Part shown: piece after piece, positions 9,818-19,954 of the stretch
Layout: each line of letters starts with the position of its first letter
Position numbering within the stretch: position 1 is the stretch's first letter
Source of the DNA: Dehalococcoidia bacterium
GTDB lineage: Bacteria; Chloroflexota; Dehalococcoidia; Bin125
NCBI GenBank assembly: GCA_963662615.2
Contig: CAXXSR010000001.1
Span: 1,056,001 to 1,120,000 of the forward strand
Length of the DNA stretch: 64,000 nucleotides
Reading direction: 5' to 3'
Translations under genes and position numbers: made by a program
The notes under the pieces: generated by a model
The model's input: the letters and a program-made list of their open reading frames with translations, nothing else
Database searches by the model: none
Told to the model about the DNA's origin: nothing

Positions 9818-10435
9818 ATGTATTTACTGAGACGCAGACACCAAACGACAGCCCTGGTCCTCGTCCTGGCCGCCATGCTCGTTGCCCTCGCCCTCGCGGT
9901 GGTGCTCCCAGGGCGAGCCGAAGCGGGCCATGTTCAGAAGACGACGAACCAGTCGGTGAGCGTCAGCGCGAGCGGCGAAGTGGGCGGTACGTTTTTGAGT
10001 GTGAATACCTTCTTCTTCGTCAACGATTTCGGTGAAGGAGGGCAGGCCAGCGTCTTCTGGAATGACGGCGTGACAGGAGTCTGCCAAGGCTCTGCGCCCA
10101 TCGATAGCACAGATCTGGTCACGAACTTCGACACAGCGGTTGATCTCGACGTGACCCTAACGCTCAAGGGGATCGAGGGAGAGGTCGATTGCGCTCTCCT
10201 CGGAACGGAAGTGACCCTTAACCTCGACTGGGATTCCACCGCAGTGACATCGACCACCCGCTCCAACACGCGTGGCCCAACCTTCCACTGTCGCAGCACG
10301 GGAACCACTCACGACGCTCGCCTGAGCGGTACGACCGACGAGATCGGTATAGCTGGCTCGGCCTTGGATTTCGCGTTCATGAGCTTCAACACGAGCGTGT
10401 GTCAGAACCAGTTGCACGGAGAGGGACGCCCCTAA
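9818..10435 (+). CDS. Secreted hypothetical protein
   Basis: AAAGGA SD, signal peptide ending AEA, Thr/Ser-rich with four Cys, followed by strong hairpin. Confidence 0.7.
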   Translation: MYLLRRRHQTTALVLVLAAMLVALALAVVLPGRAEAGHVQKTTNQSVSVSASGEVGGTFLSVNTFFFVNDFGEGGQASVFWNDGVTGVCQGSAPIDSTDLVTNFDTAVDLDVTLTLKGIEGEVDCALLGTEVTLNLDWDSTAVTSTTRSNTRGPTFHCRSTGTTHDARLSGTTDEIGIAGSALDFAFMSFNTSVCQNQLHGEGRP

Positions 10436-10461
10436 CGGCGGTTCAGAGCCCGCATGGACTG

Positions 10462-10497
10462 AAGGCTCCGGTCCTTCCCAGGAAGGACCGGAGCCTT
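10462..10497. terminator. 17-bp perfect inverted repeat, probable terminator between convergent genes
   Basis: AAGGCTCCGGTCCTTCC-CA-GGAAGGACCGGAGCCTT. Confidence 0.75.
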
Positions 10498-10602
10498 GCG
10501 CTTCCCAGACGTGATTGACGGCGGGGGTCGATCAGCGCGAGCCGGAGTCGGTGCTGGGCGACCCCATCCTGCGCGACGGCACAGGGGAGCCCGCTGCGGC
10601 GG

Positions 10603-11829
10603 CTAGCTGACCCGCGCCCTCGCGGCTCCGGGCTGCGGCTGCGGCGTCTTGGCGCTGACCAGCTCCACGTCGTTGGACAGCGCCGAAACTACGCGCACCT
10701 TCAACGCATCCAGGCCCCATCCCGTCGCGGCCGAGATCAGGACGGTGTCCGGCCGGGCGGCGGTCAGCTCCTCGCTAAGCCCGTCCACCCCAACCGCTTC
10801 CGCCTCCGGCGCTTCCCTACCAAGGCCCAAGAGGTCCGCCTTGTTCAGCGCCGTCACCCGCGGGCGATCGGCCAGCCCCAACTCCGCCAGCGAGTCCTCT
10901 ACGGTCTGTCTCTGCTCGGCGGCGTCCGCGTGCGTGATGTCCACCACGTGCAGGAGGACATCGGCGTCTTCCAGCTCTTCCAGCGTGGCCCGGAACGCCG
11001 CCACCAGCTCGGCGGGCAGCTTCTGGATGAAGCCCACCGTATCGGTCAGCAGCACTTCCAGGTCATCGCGCAGCCGCCAGCGTCGTGTCACCGGGTCCAG
11101 CGTCTCGAAGAGCCGCTCGTCGGCGCGCACGTCGGCGCGGGTGAGGGCGTTCAGTAGCGTGCTCTTGCCGGCGTTCGTGTAGCCCACCAGCGCGACTACC
11201 AGCGCGCCCGCCCGCTGCCGGCTCCGACGATAGCGGCGCCGGTGCCGTCGCACCTGCTCCAGCCGCTGCTTGAGCCGCCGGATATGGTTGCGAATGAGGC
11301 GACGGTCCGTCTCCAACTGCGTTTCGCCCGGCCCCCGCGCGCCTATGGCGCCTTCCATCCGCTCCAAGTGCGACCACTGCCCCGCCAGTCGCGGCAGCAG
11401 GTATTCGTGCTGCGCCAGCGCCACCTGCAGCGCCCCCTCCGACGACCGCGCCCGCTGCGCGAAGATGTCCAGGATCAGCGCCGTGCGGTCAATCACCTTC
11501 ACCGCCAGCGCCTCCTCCAGCGTCCGCTGTTGGGCGGGCGTTAATTGATCGTCGAAGATCGCCAGCGTGTAGTCCAGCGCGCCGCGCAGGTCGTGCAGCT
11601 CACGCAGCTTCCCCTTGCCCACGTACGAGTGTGGGTCCGGGTGCTTCAGCCTCTGAATCACCCGCTCCACCGGCACCGCGCCCGCGCTCCAGGCGAGCTG
11701 CGCCAGCTCCTCCACGGAAGCCTCAACATTCCAGTGCTGGGAAGCAGGCGAATCCACCGCCACCAGGATCGCCCGCTCAGGGGCGGGAGCGGTGGGGTTG
11801 CGATGCGACGGCCGACGTCGTTTCGCGAT
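10603..11829 (-). CDS. hflX: GTPase HflX (probable ATC start)
   Basis: GPGETQLETDRR, GYTNAGKS, DTVGF, NKAD; conserved ERAILV lies upstream of the first canonical start. Confidence 0.95.
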   Translation of the reverse strand: MAKRRRPSHRNPTAPAPERAILVAVDSPASQHWNVEASVEELAQLAWSAGAVPVERVIQRLKHPDPHSYVGKGKLRELHDLRGALDYTLAIFDDQLTPAQQRTLEEALAVKVIDRTALILDIFAQRARSSEGALQVALAQHEYLLPRLAGQWSHLERMEGAIGARGPGETQLETDRRLIRNHIRRLKQRLEQVRRHRRRYRRSRQRAGALVVALVGYTNAGKSTLLNALTRADVRADERLFETLDPVTRRWRLRDDLEVLLTDTVGFIQKLPAELVAAFRATLEELEDADVLLHVVDITHADAAEQRQTVEDSLAELGLADRPRVTALNKADLLGLGREAPEAEAVGVDGLSEELTAARPDTVLISAATGWGLDALKVRVVSALSNDVELVSAKTPQPQPGAARARVS

Positions 11830-11901
11830 TGCGATCTCCTCAGCGACGGGGCCGCGCGCAGGGGCAACCGAGCGCCGCTCCTTCAGAATAGAGGATCAGC
11901 C

Positions 11902-13065
11902 TTATCCCGCCGTCCAATCGGCCATGCGGCGGATCCCTTCCTCCAGCTGATCGTCCGCGATCGTCAAGGAGAGGCGCACGTAGCCCTCTCCGTACTCGCC
12001 GTACCCCCGACCCGGCGTCACCACCACCGCCTTCTCCTCCAGCAGCCGCGCCGCGAAATCGCCGCTCGTGATGCCGTCGGGCGCCTTGGCCCAGACGTAG
12101 AGGCTGGCCTGCGGCGTCCGCACTCGCAGTCCCATCTGCCGCAGCGCCGGTACCAGACGGTCTCGACGCCGCTCCAGGATCGCGTTGTTGCGCGCAATGC
12201 AGGCTTGGTCGCCCTGCAGCGCTTCGATCGCCATCAGCTGGATCGCCTGCGGGATGCCGCTGTCGATGTTCGACTTCACCCGCATCAGCGCGTTGATCAG
12301 CTCTTTGTCGCCGGCCGCCCAGCCGATCCGCCAGCCCGTCATGTTGTACGTCTTGCTGAAGGAGAAGAACTCGATCCCCAGCTCCCGCGCCCCCTCCACC
12401 TGCAGCAGCGACGGCGCTCGGTAGCCGTCGTAGCCCACCTCGCTGTAGGCGTTGTCGTGGCACAGGACCAGCTCGTACCGCCGCGCGAAGGCCACCGCTT
12501 CCGCGAAGAAGTCGGGCGGCGCCACCGCCGCCGTGGGGTTATTGGGGTAGTTCAGCCAGAGCAGCTTCGCCCTGCGCGCGATCGCCTCGGGCACCGCCGA
12601 CAGATCGGGCAGCCAGTCGTTCTCTTCCCGCAGCGGCAGCAGGTGCGACTCCCCGCCCGCGAACATGGTGCCAATGCTGTAGACCGGGTAGCCGGGATCG
12701 GGCACCAGCGCGACGTCGCCGGGGTCGATGAAGCACAACGGCACGTGCGCGATCCCCTCCTTGGCCCCAATCAGCGGCAGGATCTCGCTCTCCGGGTCGA
12801 ACGGGAGCCCGAAGCGATGCTCCATCCAGGCGGCGATCGCCTCCCGCAGCTGCGGCAGCCCTTCCGACTCCGGGTAGCGATGGTTGGGCGGGTCGTCCGA
12901 CGCCGTGTGCAGCGCCTGCAAGATGTGATCCGGCGTGGGCAGGTCCGGATCGCCGATCCCGAACGTGACCACGTCGATCCCCTGCGATCGCTTCGCGGCG
13001 ATGGCGCGGCTGATCTCCACGAACAGGTAGGCCGGCAGCGACTCGACCCGCTTGGCCACGCGCAT
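11902..13065 (-). CDS. dapL: LL-diaminopimelate aminotransferase (class I/II)
   Basis: LPAYLF, GIGDPD, NYPNNPT, SFSKTYNMTGWRIG, KSNIDSG; near dapF. Confidence 0.85.
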   Translation of the reverse strand: MRVAKRVESLPAYLFVEISRAIAAKRSQGIDVVTFGIGDPDLPTPDHILQALHTASDDPPNHRYPESEGLPQLREAIAAWMEHRFGLPFDPESEILPLIGAKEGIAHVPLCFIDPGDVALVPDPGYPVYSIGTMFAGGESHLLPLREENDWLPDLSAVPEAIARRAKLLWLNYPNNPTAAVAPPDFFAEAVAFARRYELVLCHDNAYSEVGYDGYRAPSLLQVEGARELGIEFFSFSKTYNMTGWRIGWAAGDKELINALMRVKSNIDSGIPQAIQLMAIEALQGDQACIARNNAILERRRDRLVPALRQMGLRVRTPQASLYVWAKAPDGITSGDFAARLLEEKAVVVTPGRGYGEYGEGYVRLSLTIADDQLEEGIRRMADWTAG

Positions 13066-13154
13066 CTGTGGCTCCTCCAGCATCAGCCAGGAGCGTGACG
13101 CCCGGCCGCAACGGTCAGGAGATCATCGGCGCTCGTGCTCGCGCCGACGCTACT

Positions 13155-14075
13155 CTAGAACCTGCCAAAGATCTTGCCGACTTTAACGTAGCCCGTCACC
13201 TTCTCGGCCTGACGGCGGCGCACCTCCGCTGGGTCCACGGGGCGGCTGAAGATCAGCCCTCGTCCCTGGTGCCCAAACCCATGCGCTTTCCAGAACGGCT
13301 CGCCCACCGCGTCGCTCGCCACGCGCACGCTCAGCGCACGCCGGTCGTGTCGTCGCCCGTACTCGCAGGCCGCCTGCACCAGCGCCGCGGCTGGAGCGTC
13401 CCCGTCGCAGCGAAACTCCTCCGCCACCATGCCGCGCCCCTCTCCATCCACGATGCGCATGTAACCGGCCGGCCGCCCGGCGACCTCCGCCACCCCCACC
13501 CAGAGGGCGTCCGCAAAGAACTGGGACGGGAGCGGCGGCGCCATGGCGTCCTCGCCTGCCAGGCGCTCCTCCAGGGCCACAACGATGCCGGCATCGCCCT
13601 CCCTCGCTTCGCGTACGCGTACTGCCGGCGACGGCCCCGGCGCCGCTACAGCGCCCACGTCAGTGCAGCGCATCAGCGCGAACTCCGCAGGCTCGTCGAA
13701 CCCCGCGGCCCGCAGGATCGGCTCAACCAGATGCCGGTGCGGAAAGTCGGAGAAGTCCAGCGTCATCACACTGGCGGCGCTGTCCTCGCAGGCGAATTGC
13801 CCCACTTCGTCCAGCATCGCCGCCAGCTCCTGCCGCATGACCTCAACGCCGTCAAACTCGTAGAAGATCTTGAATCGACGCCCGCAGCGAACGCCCAACA
13901 CGGTGCCCCCCTCGCGCAGGACCACGACAACGTTCGCCCCTGAGGCGAGCGTTTCGATAGCCAAGTCCGGGAGATTGCGGTAGACCTGCCGCCGCGACGC
14001 GATGCTCTTGTGACGCCGGCGCACCAAGCCGGGCCGGCGGTCCTGGGCGAAGCGCGTCCAGTCAGGCAGGACCAT
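13155..14075 (-). CDS. GNAT-like acetyltransferase-domain protein
   Basis: VRVREAREGD, VAEVAGRPAGY, FWKAHGF. Confidence 0.6.
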   Translation of the reverse strand: MVLPDWTRFAQDRRPGLVRRRHKSIASRRQVYRNLPDLAIETLASGANVVVVLREGGTVLGVRCGRRFKIFYEFDGVEVMRQELAAMLDEVGQFACEDSAASVMTLDFSDFPHRHLVEPILRAAGFDEPAEFALMRCTDVGAVAAPGPSPAVRVREAREGDAGIVVALEERLAGEDAMAPPLPSQFFADALWVGVAEVAGRPAGYMRIVDGEGRGMVAEEFRCDGDAPAAALVQAACEYGRRHDRRALSVRVASDAVGEPFWKAHGFGHQGRGLIFSRPVDPAEVRRRQAEKVTGYVKVGKIFGRF

Positions 14076-14919
14076 CCGCCCCCCACTCCCCTTCAAAAAC
14101 GTAGGCGGCCGGCCCTTCCAGGTACACAGGGCCGGCGCCGTCCCATTCCACATCCAAATCGCCGCCGGGAAGGCTCACCGTTACCCGCTCCGACGCCAGC
14201 CCGTGCAGACGCGCCGCCACCAGCGACGCGCAGGCGCCGGTGCCGCACGCCAACGTCAGGCCCGCGCCGCGCTCCCACACCCGCACCCGCAGCCGGTCGG
14301 CCGCGGGCACGTTCACGATCTCGAAGTTCGTCCGCTCTGGAAATCGCTCGTGGCGCTCCACCAGCGGCCCCACGCGCTCCAGCGCGATCTCCTCCAGGGG
14401 CGTTTCGGTGAGGTGCACGGCGTGCGGATTGCCCATCGACACGCAGGTCAAGGACCACTCACGCTCTTCGACGTCGATCCGCAGGTCCAGGACGGGCCCA
14501 TCGCCCTCGACCAACACCGGGATCTCGCTGGGCGCCAGCGCGGGCACGCCCATGGCGACGCGCACCCGATCAATGACGCCGTCCCGCCGGCTGAACGACG
14601 CCGCCAGAATCCCCGCCACGGTCTCCACCTCCAGGGCGCCGTCCCTGGCCGCCACGCCGCCGCGCTCCACGGCGTACTTCACGAAGCAGCGCAGCCCGTT
14701 GCCGCACATCTCGGCCTCGGAGCCGTCCGGGTTGTACATCCGCATCCCCACCGCCGCCCGTGCCGACTCCTCCACCACCAGCAGGCCGTCGGCGCCGACG
14801 CCGAAGTGGCGGTCGCAGAGGGGCGCCGCCAGCGCCTGCCAGTCCGCCTCCTGCCGGCGGCCGTCCACAAGCACGAAATCGTTGCCCGTGCCCTGCACTT
14901 TGATGAACGGGATCCCCAT
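14062..14919 (-). CDS. dapF: Diaminopimelate epimerase
   Basis: GNDF, EMCGNGLRC, SMGNPH, ERGAGLTLACGTGACA. Confidence 0.97.
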   Translation of the reverse strand: MGIPFIKVQGTGNDFVLVDGRRQEADWQALAAPLCDRHFGVGADGLLVVEESARAAVGMRMYNPDGSEAEMCGNGLRCFVKYAVERGGVAARDGALEVETVAGILAASFSRRDGVIDRVRVAMGVPALAPSEIPVLVEGDGPVLDLRIDVEEREWSLTCVSMGNPHAVHLTETPLEEIALERVGPLVERHERFPERTNFEIVNVPAADRLRVRVWERGAGLTLACGTGACASLVAARLHGLASERVTVSLPGGDLDVEWDGAGPVYLEGPAAYVFEGEWGADGPA

Positions 14920-14966
14920 GACCCCCCGATTGTACGCGCCGCCCCGCGCCTGTCGATGCCGGTCGC

Positions 14967-15038
14967 GACATCAAACCCCGGCGCGAGCGGTCACTAGCGC
15001 CGCGCTGCTCCCGACGAGCCGCGAGCGCGGGCGAAAAA
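14967..15038 (+). repeat. Dispersed ~75-bp repeat, copy 2
   Basis: CATCAAACCCCGGCGCGAGCGGTCAC...CCGCGAGCGCGGGCGAAAAA. Confidence 0.7.
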
Positions 15039-15098
15039 CCCGTTCGTCCCGAGCGTGTCGAAGAGCCTGTCCTGAGCTTGCCGAAGGAGCGAACGGAA
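15039..15098. repeat. Nested REP-like palindrome
   Basis: CCGTTCG...GAGCGTGTCGAAGAG-CCTGTCCTGAGCTTGCCGAAGGA-GCGAACGG. Confidence 0.75.
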
Positions 15099-15102
15099 CA
15101 GC

Positions 15103-16062
15103 TCAGCCCCCGGCTGCGACCAGCGCCTCCGCCACATCCGTGCACCAGCGAATGCGCGCGTCACTGCGACGGAACCAAGCGCGCTGGCGGCGGGCGAAGC
15201 GACGCGTGCCCCGCTTGGCCTCCTCCACGGCTTCTTCGAGCGAAAACTCGCCTCGCAGGTACCGCACCACTTCCGCATAGCCAATGCTGGCCAGACCGGG
15301 CGCGTCGTCGGGCAGCCCCGCGCCCGCCCAGCCGGACAACAGCGCCTCCGTCTCCTCGACTAAGCCTCGCGCGAACATCTCCTCCACCCGCGCGTCGATG
15401 CGGCGATAGAGTTCGTCGGCCTCGACCACCGGCGCCACCACCACCGCGGGCATCGGATCGCGCGCCTCGTGCCACGACGAGATCGGCCGCCCCGTCGCCC
15501 GCTGCACCTCCAGCGCCCGCACCACGCGACGCACGTTGCCGGGAAGCATGCCGGCCGCCGCCTTGGGGTCAACCGACGCCAACGCCGCGTGGAGGCTCGC
15601 CAGCCCCTCTCGCTTCGCCCGCGCCTCCATCTCCGCGCGAAAATCCGCGTCCGGCGGCACGTTGGGCACGTCCCAACCCTCCAACAGCGCCCACACGTAT
15701 TGCCCTGTCCCGCCCACGAGCAGCGGCCTCCGGCCGCGCCCACGGATCTCGGCGACGGCCGCGCGTGCCTCGCGCAGGTATCGCGCCAGGTGGTAGCGCT
15801 CGCGCGGGTCCACGTGGTCCAGGCAGTGGTGCCGGACCCGCGCCAGCTCCTCCCTGCTGGGCTTGGCCGTGCCGATGTCCAGCCCGCGGTAGACCTGCCG
15901 GCTGTCCGCCCCCACGATCTCGCCGCCACCGTCGCCGGCCTCGGCCAGCGCCAGCCCCCACGACGTCTTCCCTGTCGCCGTGGGGCCCACTACAGCAATC
16001 AGGCGCGACCCTCCCACCCCACCCGCCTCGACGGCCGCCTGCCCCGGTTGCGCGACGGTCAT
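15103..16062 (-). CDS. miaA: tRNA dimethylallyltransferase
   Basis: GPTATGKT, ADSRQVYRGLDIGTAKP, GGTGQY, FARRQRAWF. Confidence 0.96.
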   Translation of the reverse strand: MTVAQPGQAAVEAGGVGGSRLIAVVGPTATGKTSWGLALAEAGDGGGEIVGADSRQVYRGLDIGTAKPSREELARVRHHCLDHVDPRERYHLARYLREARAAVAEIRGRGRRPLLVGGTGQYVWALLEGWDVPNVPPDADFRAEMEARAKREGLASLHAALASVDPKAAAGMLPGNVRRVVRALEVQRATGRPISSWHEARDPMPAVVVAPVVEADELYRRIDARVEEMFARGLVEETEALLSGWAGAGLPDDAPGLASIGYAEVVRYLRGEFSLEEAVEEAKRGTRRFARRQRAWFRRSDARIRWCTDVAEALVAAGG

Positions 16063-16069
16063 ACGCGCG

Positions 16070-16852
16070 TCAAACGCGCTTCGCCGCCGCGATCGCGCGC
16101 GTGATCGCCAGGAACGCCTCAGCGTCCAGTGAGGCGCCGCCCACGAGGGCGCCGTCGACGTCGGGCTGCGCCGCGAACTCGGCAACGTTGTCGGGCTTCA
16201 CCGATCCGCCGTAGAGGATCCGCGCCGACTGCGCCCGCTCCTCGCCGGCCAGTCGCGCCAGCAGGCCCCGGATCAGCCCGGCGGCCGCCTGCGCCTGCTC
16301 GCCGCTGGCCGCCTGACCCGTGCCGATCGCCCACACCGGCTCGTAGGCAATGACGATGCCCTCGGGGATCGCTACACCTTGCAGCGCCCCCGTCACCTGC
16401 CGCTCCAGCACCACCTCCGTCCGCTCCGACCGACGCTCCTCCTCTCGCTCTCCCACCGCCAGGATCGGTCGCAGGCCGTGTCGCAGCGCCGCCACGATCT
16501 TACGGTTCAGCGATGCATCATCCTCGCAGAAGTGTTGCCGCCGTTCCGAGTGCCCCAGGATCACCCAGTCCGCCACCTCGGCCAGCTGGCCGGGACTGAC
16601 CTCGCCGGTGTAGGCCCCTTCCTCGGCGAAGTGCATGTTCTGTCCGGCGACGCCCACCTCCGTGCCCGCCAAACGCTCTCGCACTCGAGCGAGTTGCAGG
16701 AATCCCGGCGCTAGCACCACCTCCACTCCGTCGATGTCGTGCAGCCCGGTTTCATTCCCGCCGCCGCGCAGCCCCTCGCAGAGGCGGTCGGCCTCGGCGG
16801 CCGTCAGGTGCATCTTCCAGTTGCCCACACTCACGGGCGTTCGCTCTGCCAT
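16070..16852 (-). CDS. tpiA: Triosephosphate isomerase
   Basis: GNWKMH, GHSERR, AYEPVWAIGTG, LVGGASL. Confidence 0.97.
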   Translation of the reverse strand: MAERTPVSVGNWKMHLTAAEADRLCEGLRGGGNETGLHDIDGVEVVLAPGFLQLARVRERLAGTEVGVAGQNMHFAEEGAYTGEVSPGQLAEVADWVILGHSERRQHFCEDDASLNRKIVAALRHGLRPILAVGEREEERRSERTEVVLERQVTGALQGVAIPEGIVIAYEPVWAIGTGQAASGEQAQAAAGLIRGLLARLAGEERAQSARILYGGSVKPDNVAEFAAQPDVDGALVGGASLDAEAFLAITRAIAAAKRV

Positions 16853-16964
16853 TGTCAATCCCGTCGTCGGCTCACGGCCCTCGCGCCGGCCCCACTGCGC
16901 CGGCCCCGTAGCGCCGGCCCCGTCGCGCCAGCCCGTAGCCGTCGCCGGCATCGCGCCGCAACGG

Positions 16965-18179
16965 CTACGCCCCGTACTTCGCCAGTCGACCGGCGTGCGC
17001 CATAGCCAGCGGCAGCGCCTCCGTGGCGGGAAACGTCCCCAACGCCCCCTGCGCGCAGTGCCCCTCATCGAAGCGCGCGTCCGGCTGGTGCCGAACCCAC
17101 CGCGCTGAGAGCAGGAACGGCACCGGGTGCCAGGAGTGCGCCCCCATGGCGGCCGGCGTCGAATGGTCGCCGCTCACCATGAGCACGTCCGGGTCCAGGT
17201 CCAGCAAGGCCGGAATCTGCGCGTCCAGCTCTTCGATTCGCGAGACCTTCGCCGGGAAATCGCCGTCCTCGCCGGCGGCGTCCGTGTCCTTGTAGTGCAT
17301 GAAGAAGAAGTCGAAGCGGTCCCAGTGCTCTCGCACCGACGCGATCTGATCCTGAAATGTGGCTCCCGCCGCCAGCGCCGTCATCCCGGCCAACGTCGCC
17401 AGGCCGCGGTACATGGGATATAACGCGCAGCTCGCCGGCCGCAGGCCCCAGACGTCGGCCATCGCCGGCAGCGACGGCCTCCTCGCGAAACCGCGCAGCA
17501 GGATCCCGTTCGCCTGCTCCTCGGATGCAAGCACCTCCGCGGCAGCGCCGACGAAGCGGTTGACGACGTCCGCCGTGCGCTCTCCCCCCGGCGCCATCGG
17601 CTCGCAGCGCAGCGGCGGCACATCCGTGCGCTGCGGATCCGTCTCCGTGACCACGTCCGAGAGGCCCTCGCCGCGAAGCACCAGCACGAAGCGATGCTCA
17701 CGCACCGGCTCCACGAACAGCTCCACGCCTTGACCCGCAATCCCGGCCTCGACCGCTCGCAGCCGCTCCACGATCCTCCGCGACCGCTCCGTGGCGATGC
17801 GCCCGGCCCGACGGTCGCTGATCCGGCCCGTGGCATCCAGCGTGCAGAAATTGCCCCGCGCGGCCACATCGTCCGGTCCCAGGGCAAAGTCGATCCCCAG
17901 CGCCTCCAGCGCCCCCCGTCCCACCTGGAAGCGGAACGGATCGTAGCCGAAAAGGGCCAGATGCCCCGGGCCGGAGCCGGGCGTGATCCCGGACCCCACT
18001 GGGACAGTCAAGCCCAGCGCGCTCCGCGCCGCCAGCCCGTCCAGGTGGGGCGTCTGCGCCGTCTCCAGCTCGCTCCGGCCGCTGTCGGGATGGGGCAGCC
18101 CGCCCAGGCCGTCCGCCACCAGGAGAAGGATCTTGGACTCGGCCGGTCGCTGGAGCTGGCGCGCCAGTTCCAGGTCCAT
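16965..18179 (-). CDS. apgM: BPG-independent phosphoglycerate mutase (ApgM type)
   Basis: DGLGG, PGSGPGHLALFGY, TDAAGEDG, GDHSTP, HSWHPVP. Confidence 0.92.
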   Translation of the reverse strand: MDLELARQLQRPAESKILLLVADGLGGLPHPDSGRSELETAQTPHLDGLAARSALGLTVPVGSGITPGSGPGHLALFGYDPFRFQVGRGALEALGIDFALGPDDVAARGNFCTLDATGRISDRRAGRIATERSRRIVERLRAVEAGIAGQGVELFVEPVREHRFVLVLRGEGLSDVVTETDPQRTDVPPLRCEPMAPGGERTADVVNRFVGAAAEVLASEEQANGILLRGFARRPSLPAMADVWGLRPASCALYPMYRGLATLAGMTALAAGATFQDQIASVREHWDRFDFFFMHYKDTDAAGEDGDFPAKVSRIEELDAQIPALLDLDPDVLMVSGDHSTPAAMGAHSWHPVPFLLSARWVRHQPDARFDEGHCAQGALGTFPATEALPLAMAHAGRLAKYGA

Positions 18180-18213
18180 GGCCGCTCCTCCGTCGCTCTC
18201 GCTGCGCCGGCGC

Positions 18214-19431
18214 CTATCTCGCTTTGGCTGGCTGTGCGTCCGGGAGGACGGCGAGGCCGGGCAGCTCCCGCCCCTCCAGCAGCTCCAGCGCGGCGCCGCC
18301 GCCGGTGCTAACGTGCGTCAGGCGATCGGCCACACCCGCCTCCGCGACCGCCTGCAGCGTCTCACCGCCGCAGACGATGGTCTTGCCCTCGAGCCCCGCC
18401 AGCGCCCGCGCCAGCCAGCGCGTCCCCCCCGCGAACGCCTCCCGCTCGAACAGCCCCAGCGGCCCGTTCCACACCACCACGTCGGCCGACTCCAGCGCTC
18501 CCCGGAACCGCTCGATCGTCCGCGGCCCCACGTCAAAAATCTGCCAGCCCTCTGGTACCGATTCCTCGGCGAAGACCAGCGGGCGCGCGCACGGCGGCTG
18601 CTCCGGCCCGCGGGCGATCACACCATCGACCGGCAGCAGGACCTCGCAGCCCGCCCGCTCCGCGGCGCTCAGCAACGCCCGCGCCTCATCCACCAAGCTC
18701 GGCTCCGCCAGCGACGCGCCCACCGCCATCCCCTGCGCCAGCAGGAACGTGTTCGCCATCGCGCCGCCAATGCAGAGCGAGTTCGCCTTCTGTACCAGCG
18801 CGCGCAGCAGGCCCAGCTTGTCGCTCACCTTCGCGCCGCCGCTGACCACCGTGACCGTCTGGCCCCGCCGACGGCCGTTGGCGGGAAACACGTTGGCTAA
18901 GTTCTCGATCTCCCGCTCCATCAGCAGCCCCGACGCCGCCGGCAGCAGATGCGCGATCGCCTCGGTGGAGGCGTGCGCGCGATGCGCCGCCCCAAAGGCG
19001 TCGTTCACGTACAGCTCGACCGGTTGCGCCAGCAGGCGGGCGAAGCGGCGCTCATTGCCCTCTTCGCCGGAATGGAAGCGCAGGTTCTCCAGCAGCAGGA
19101 CCTCCCCGGGCTCCAGCGCCTTCACCGCCGCCTTCACGTCTGGGCCAACGCTGTCTGACGCCATGCGCACAGGCCGTCGCAGCAACTCTTGCAGCCGCTC
19201 GGCGACGGGCCTCAGGCGCAACTCCGCTCGCACTCGTCCCTGCGGCCGGCCCAAATGGGAGCAGGCGACCACCGTGGCCTCGTTCTCCAGCAGAAATTGC
19301 AAGGTGGGCAGCGTGGCGCGAATGCGGCTATCGTCGGCGACGGCCCCGGCGCGCAGCGGCACGTTCAAGTCCGCCCGCACCAGCACCCGCCGTCCGCGCA
19401 CATCGAGATCGCGAACCGTCTTCTTCTTCAC
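18214..19431 (-). CDS. pgk: Phosphoglycerate kinase
   Basis: RADLNVP, SHLGRP, LLENLRF, GGAKVSDK, STGGGA. Confidence 0.97.
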   Translation of the reverse strand: MKKKTVRDLDVRGRRVLVRADLNVPLRAGAVADDSRIRATLPTLQFLLENEATVVACSHLGRPQGRVRAELRLRPVAERLQELLRRPVRMASDSVGPDVKAAVKALEPGEVLLLENLRFHSGEEGNERRFARLLAQPVELYVNDAFGAAHRAHASTEAIAHLLPAASGLLMEREIENLANVFPANGRRRGQTVTVVSGGAKVSDKLGLLRALVQKANSLCIGGAMANTFLLAQGMAVGASLAEPSLVDEARALLSAAERAGCEVLLPVDGVIARGPEQPPCARPLVFAEESVPEGWQIFDVGPRTIERFRGALESADVVVWNGPLGLFEREAFAGGTRWLARALAGLEGKTIVCGGETLQAVAEAGVADRLTHVSTGGGAALELLEGRELPGLAVLPDAQPAKAR

Positions 19432-19907
19432 CGAGGAGTGCTCCGCTCGCTCAGCGCCGGAGGCGCGCGACGGGCGTCGAGCGCGTCAATCTTCGCCACG
19501 CGCTGGGCGTGACGACCACCCTGCGGTTGCGCCTCCAGGAACGCGCGCAGCACCTCCAGCGCCACCTGCGTGCCCACGGCGTACGAACCCAACGCCAGGA
19601 CGTTGCAGTCGGTGTGCTCGCGCGCCCGCCGAGCGGACCAGCCGTCGCTGCACAGCGCCGCGCGCACGCCCGGCACCTTATTCGCCACGACGCTCATCCC
19701 CACGCCGTTGCTGCAGATGAGCACGCCGAGGTCGGCTTCATGGGCGGCCACGGCCTCCGCCAGCGGCTGCGCGATGTCGGGATAATCCACGGGTGCGTCG
19801 CTGTTCGCGCCAAAATCGGCGATCTCGTAGCCTGCCGTCACCAGCTCGTCTGTGAGGAAGCGCTTCAAGTTGAAGCCGGCGTGGTCGCTGCCGATCGCAA
19901 TCCGCAC
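19428..19907 (-). CDS. rpiB: Ribose-5-phosphate isomerase B
   Basis: GSDHAG, VDYPD, ICSNGVG, ANKVPGVRAA, GGRH. Confidence 0.95.
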   Translation of the reverse strand: MRIAIGSDHAGFNLKRFLTDELVTAGYEIADFGANSDAPVDYPDIAQPLAEAVAAHEADLGVLICSNGVGMSVVANKVPGVRAALCSDGWSARRAREHTDCNVLALGSYAVGTQVALEVLRAFLEAQPQGGRHAQRVAKIDALDARRAPPALSERSTPR

Positions 19908-19954
19908 AATCTCGCTCCGCATCCCCGCCGGCGCTGTAGCGCGGCGCTCCTGAT

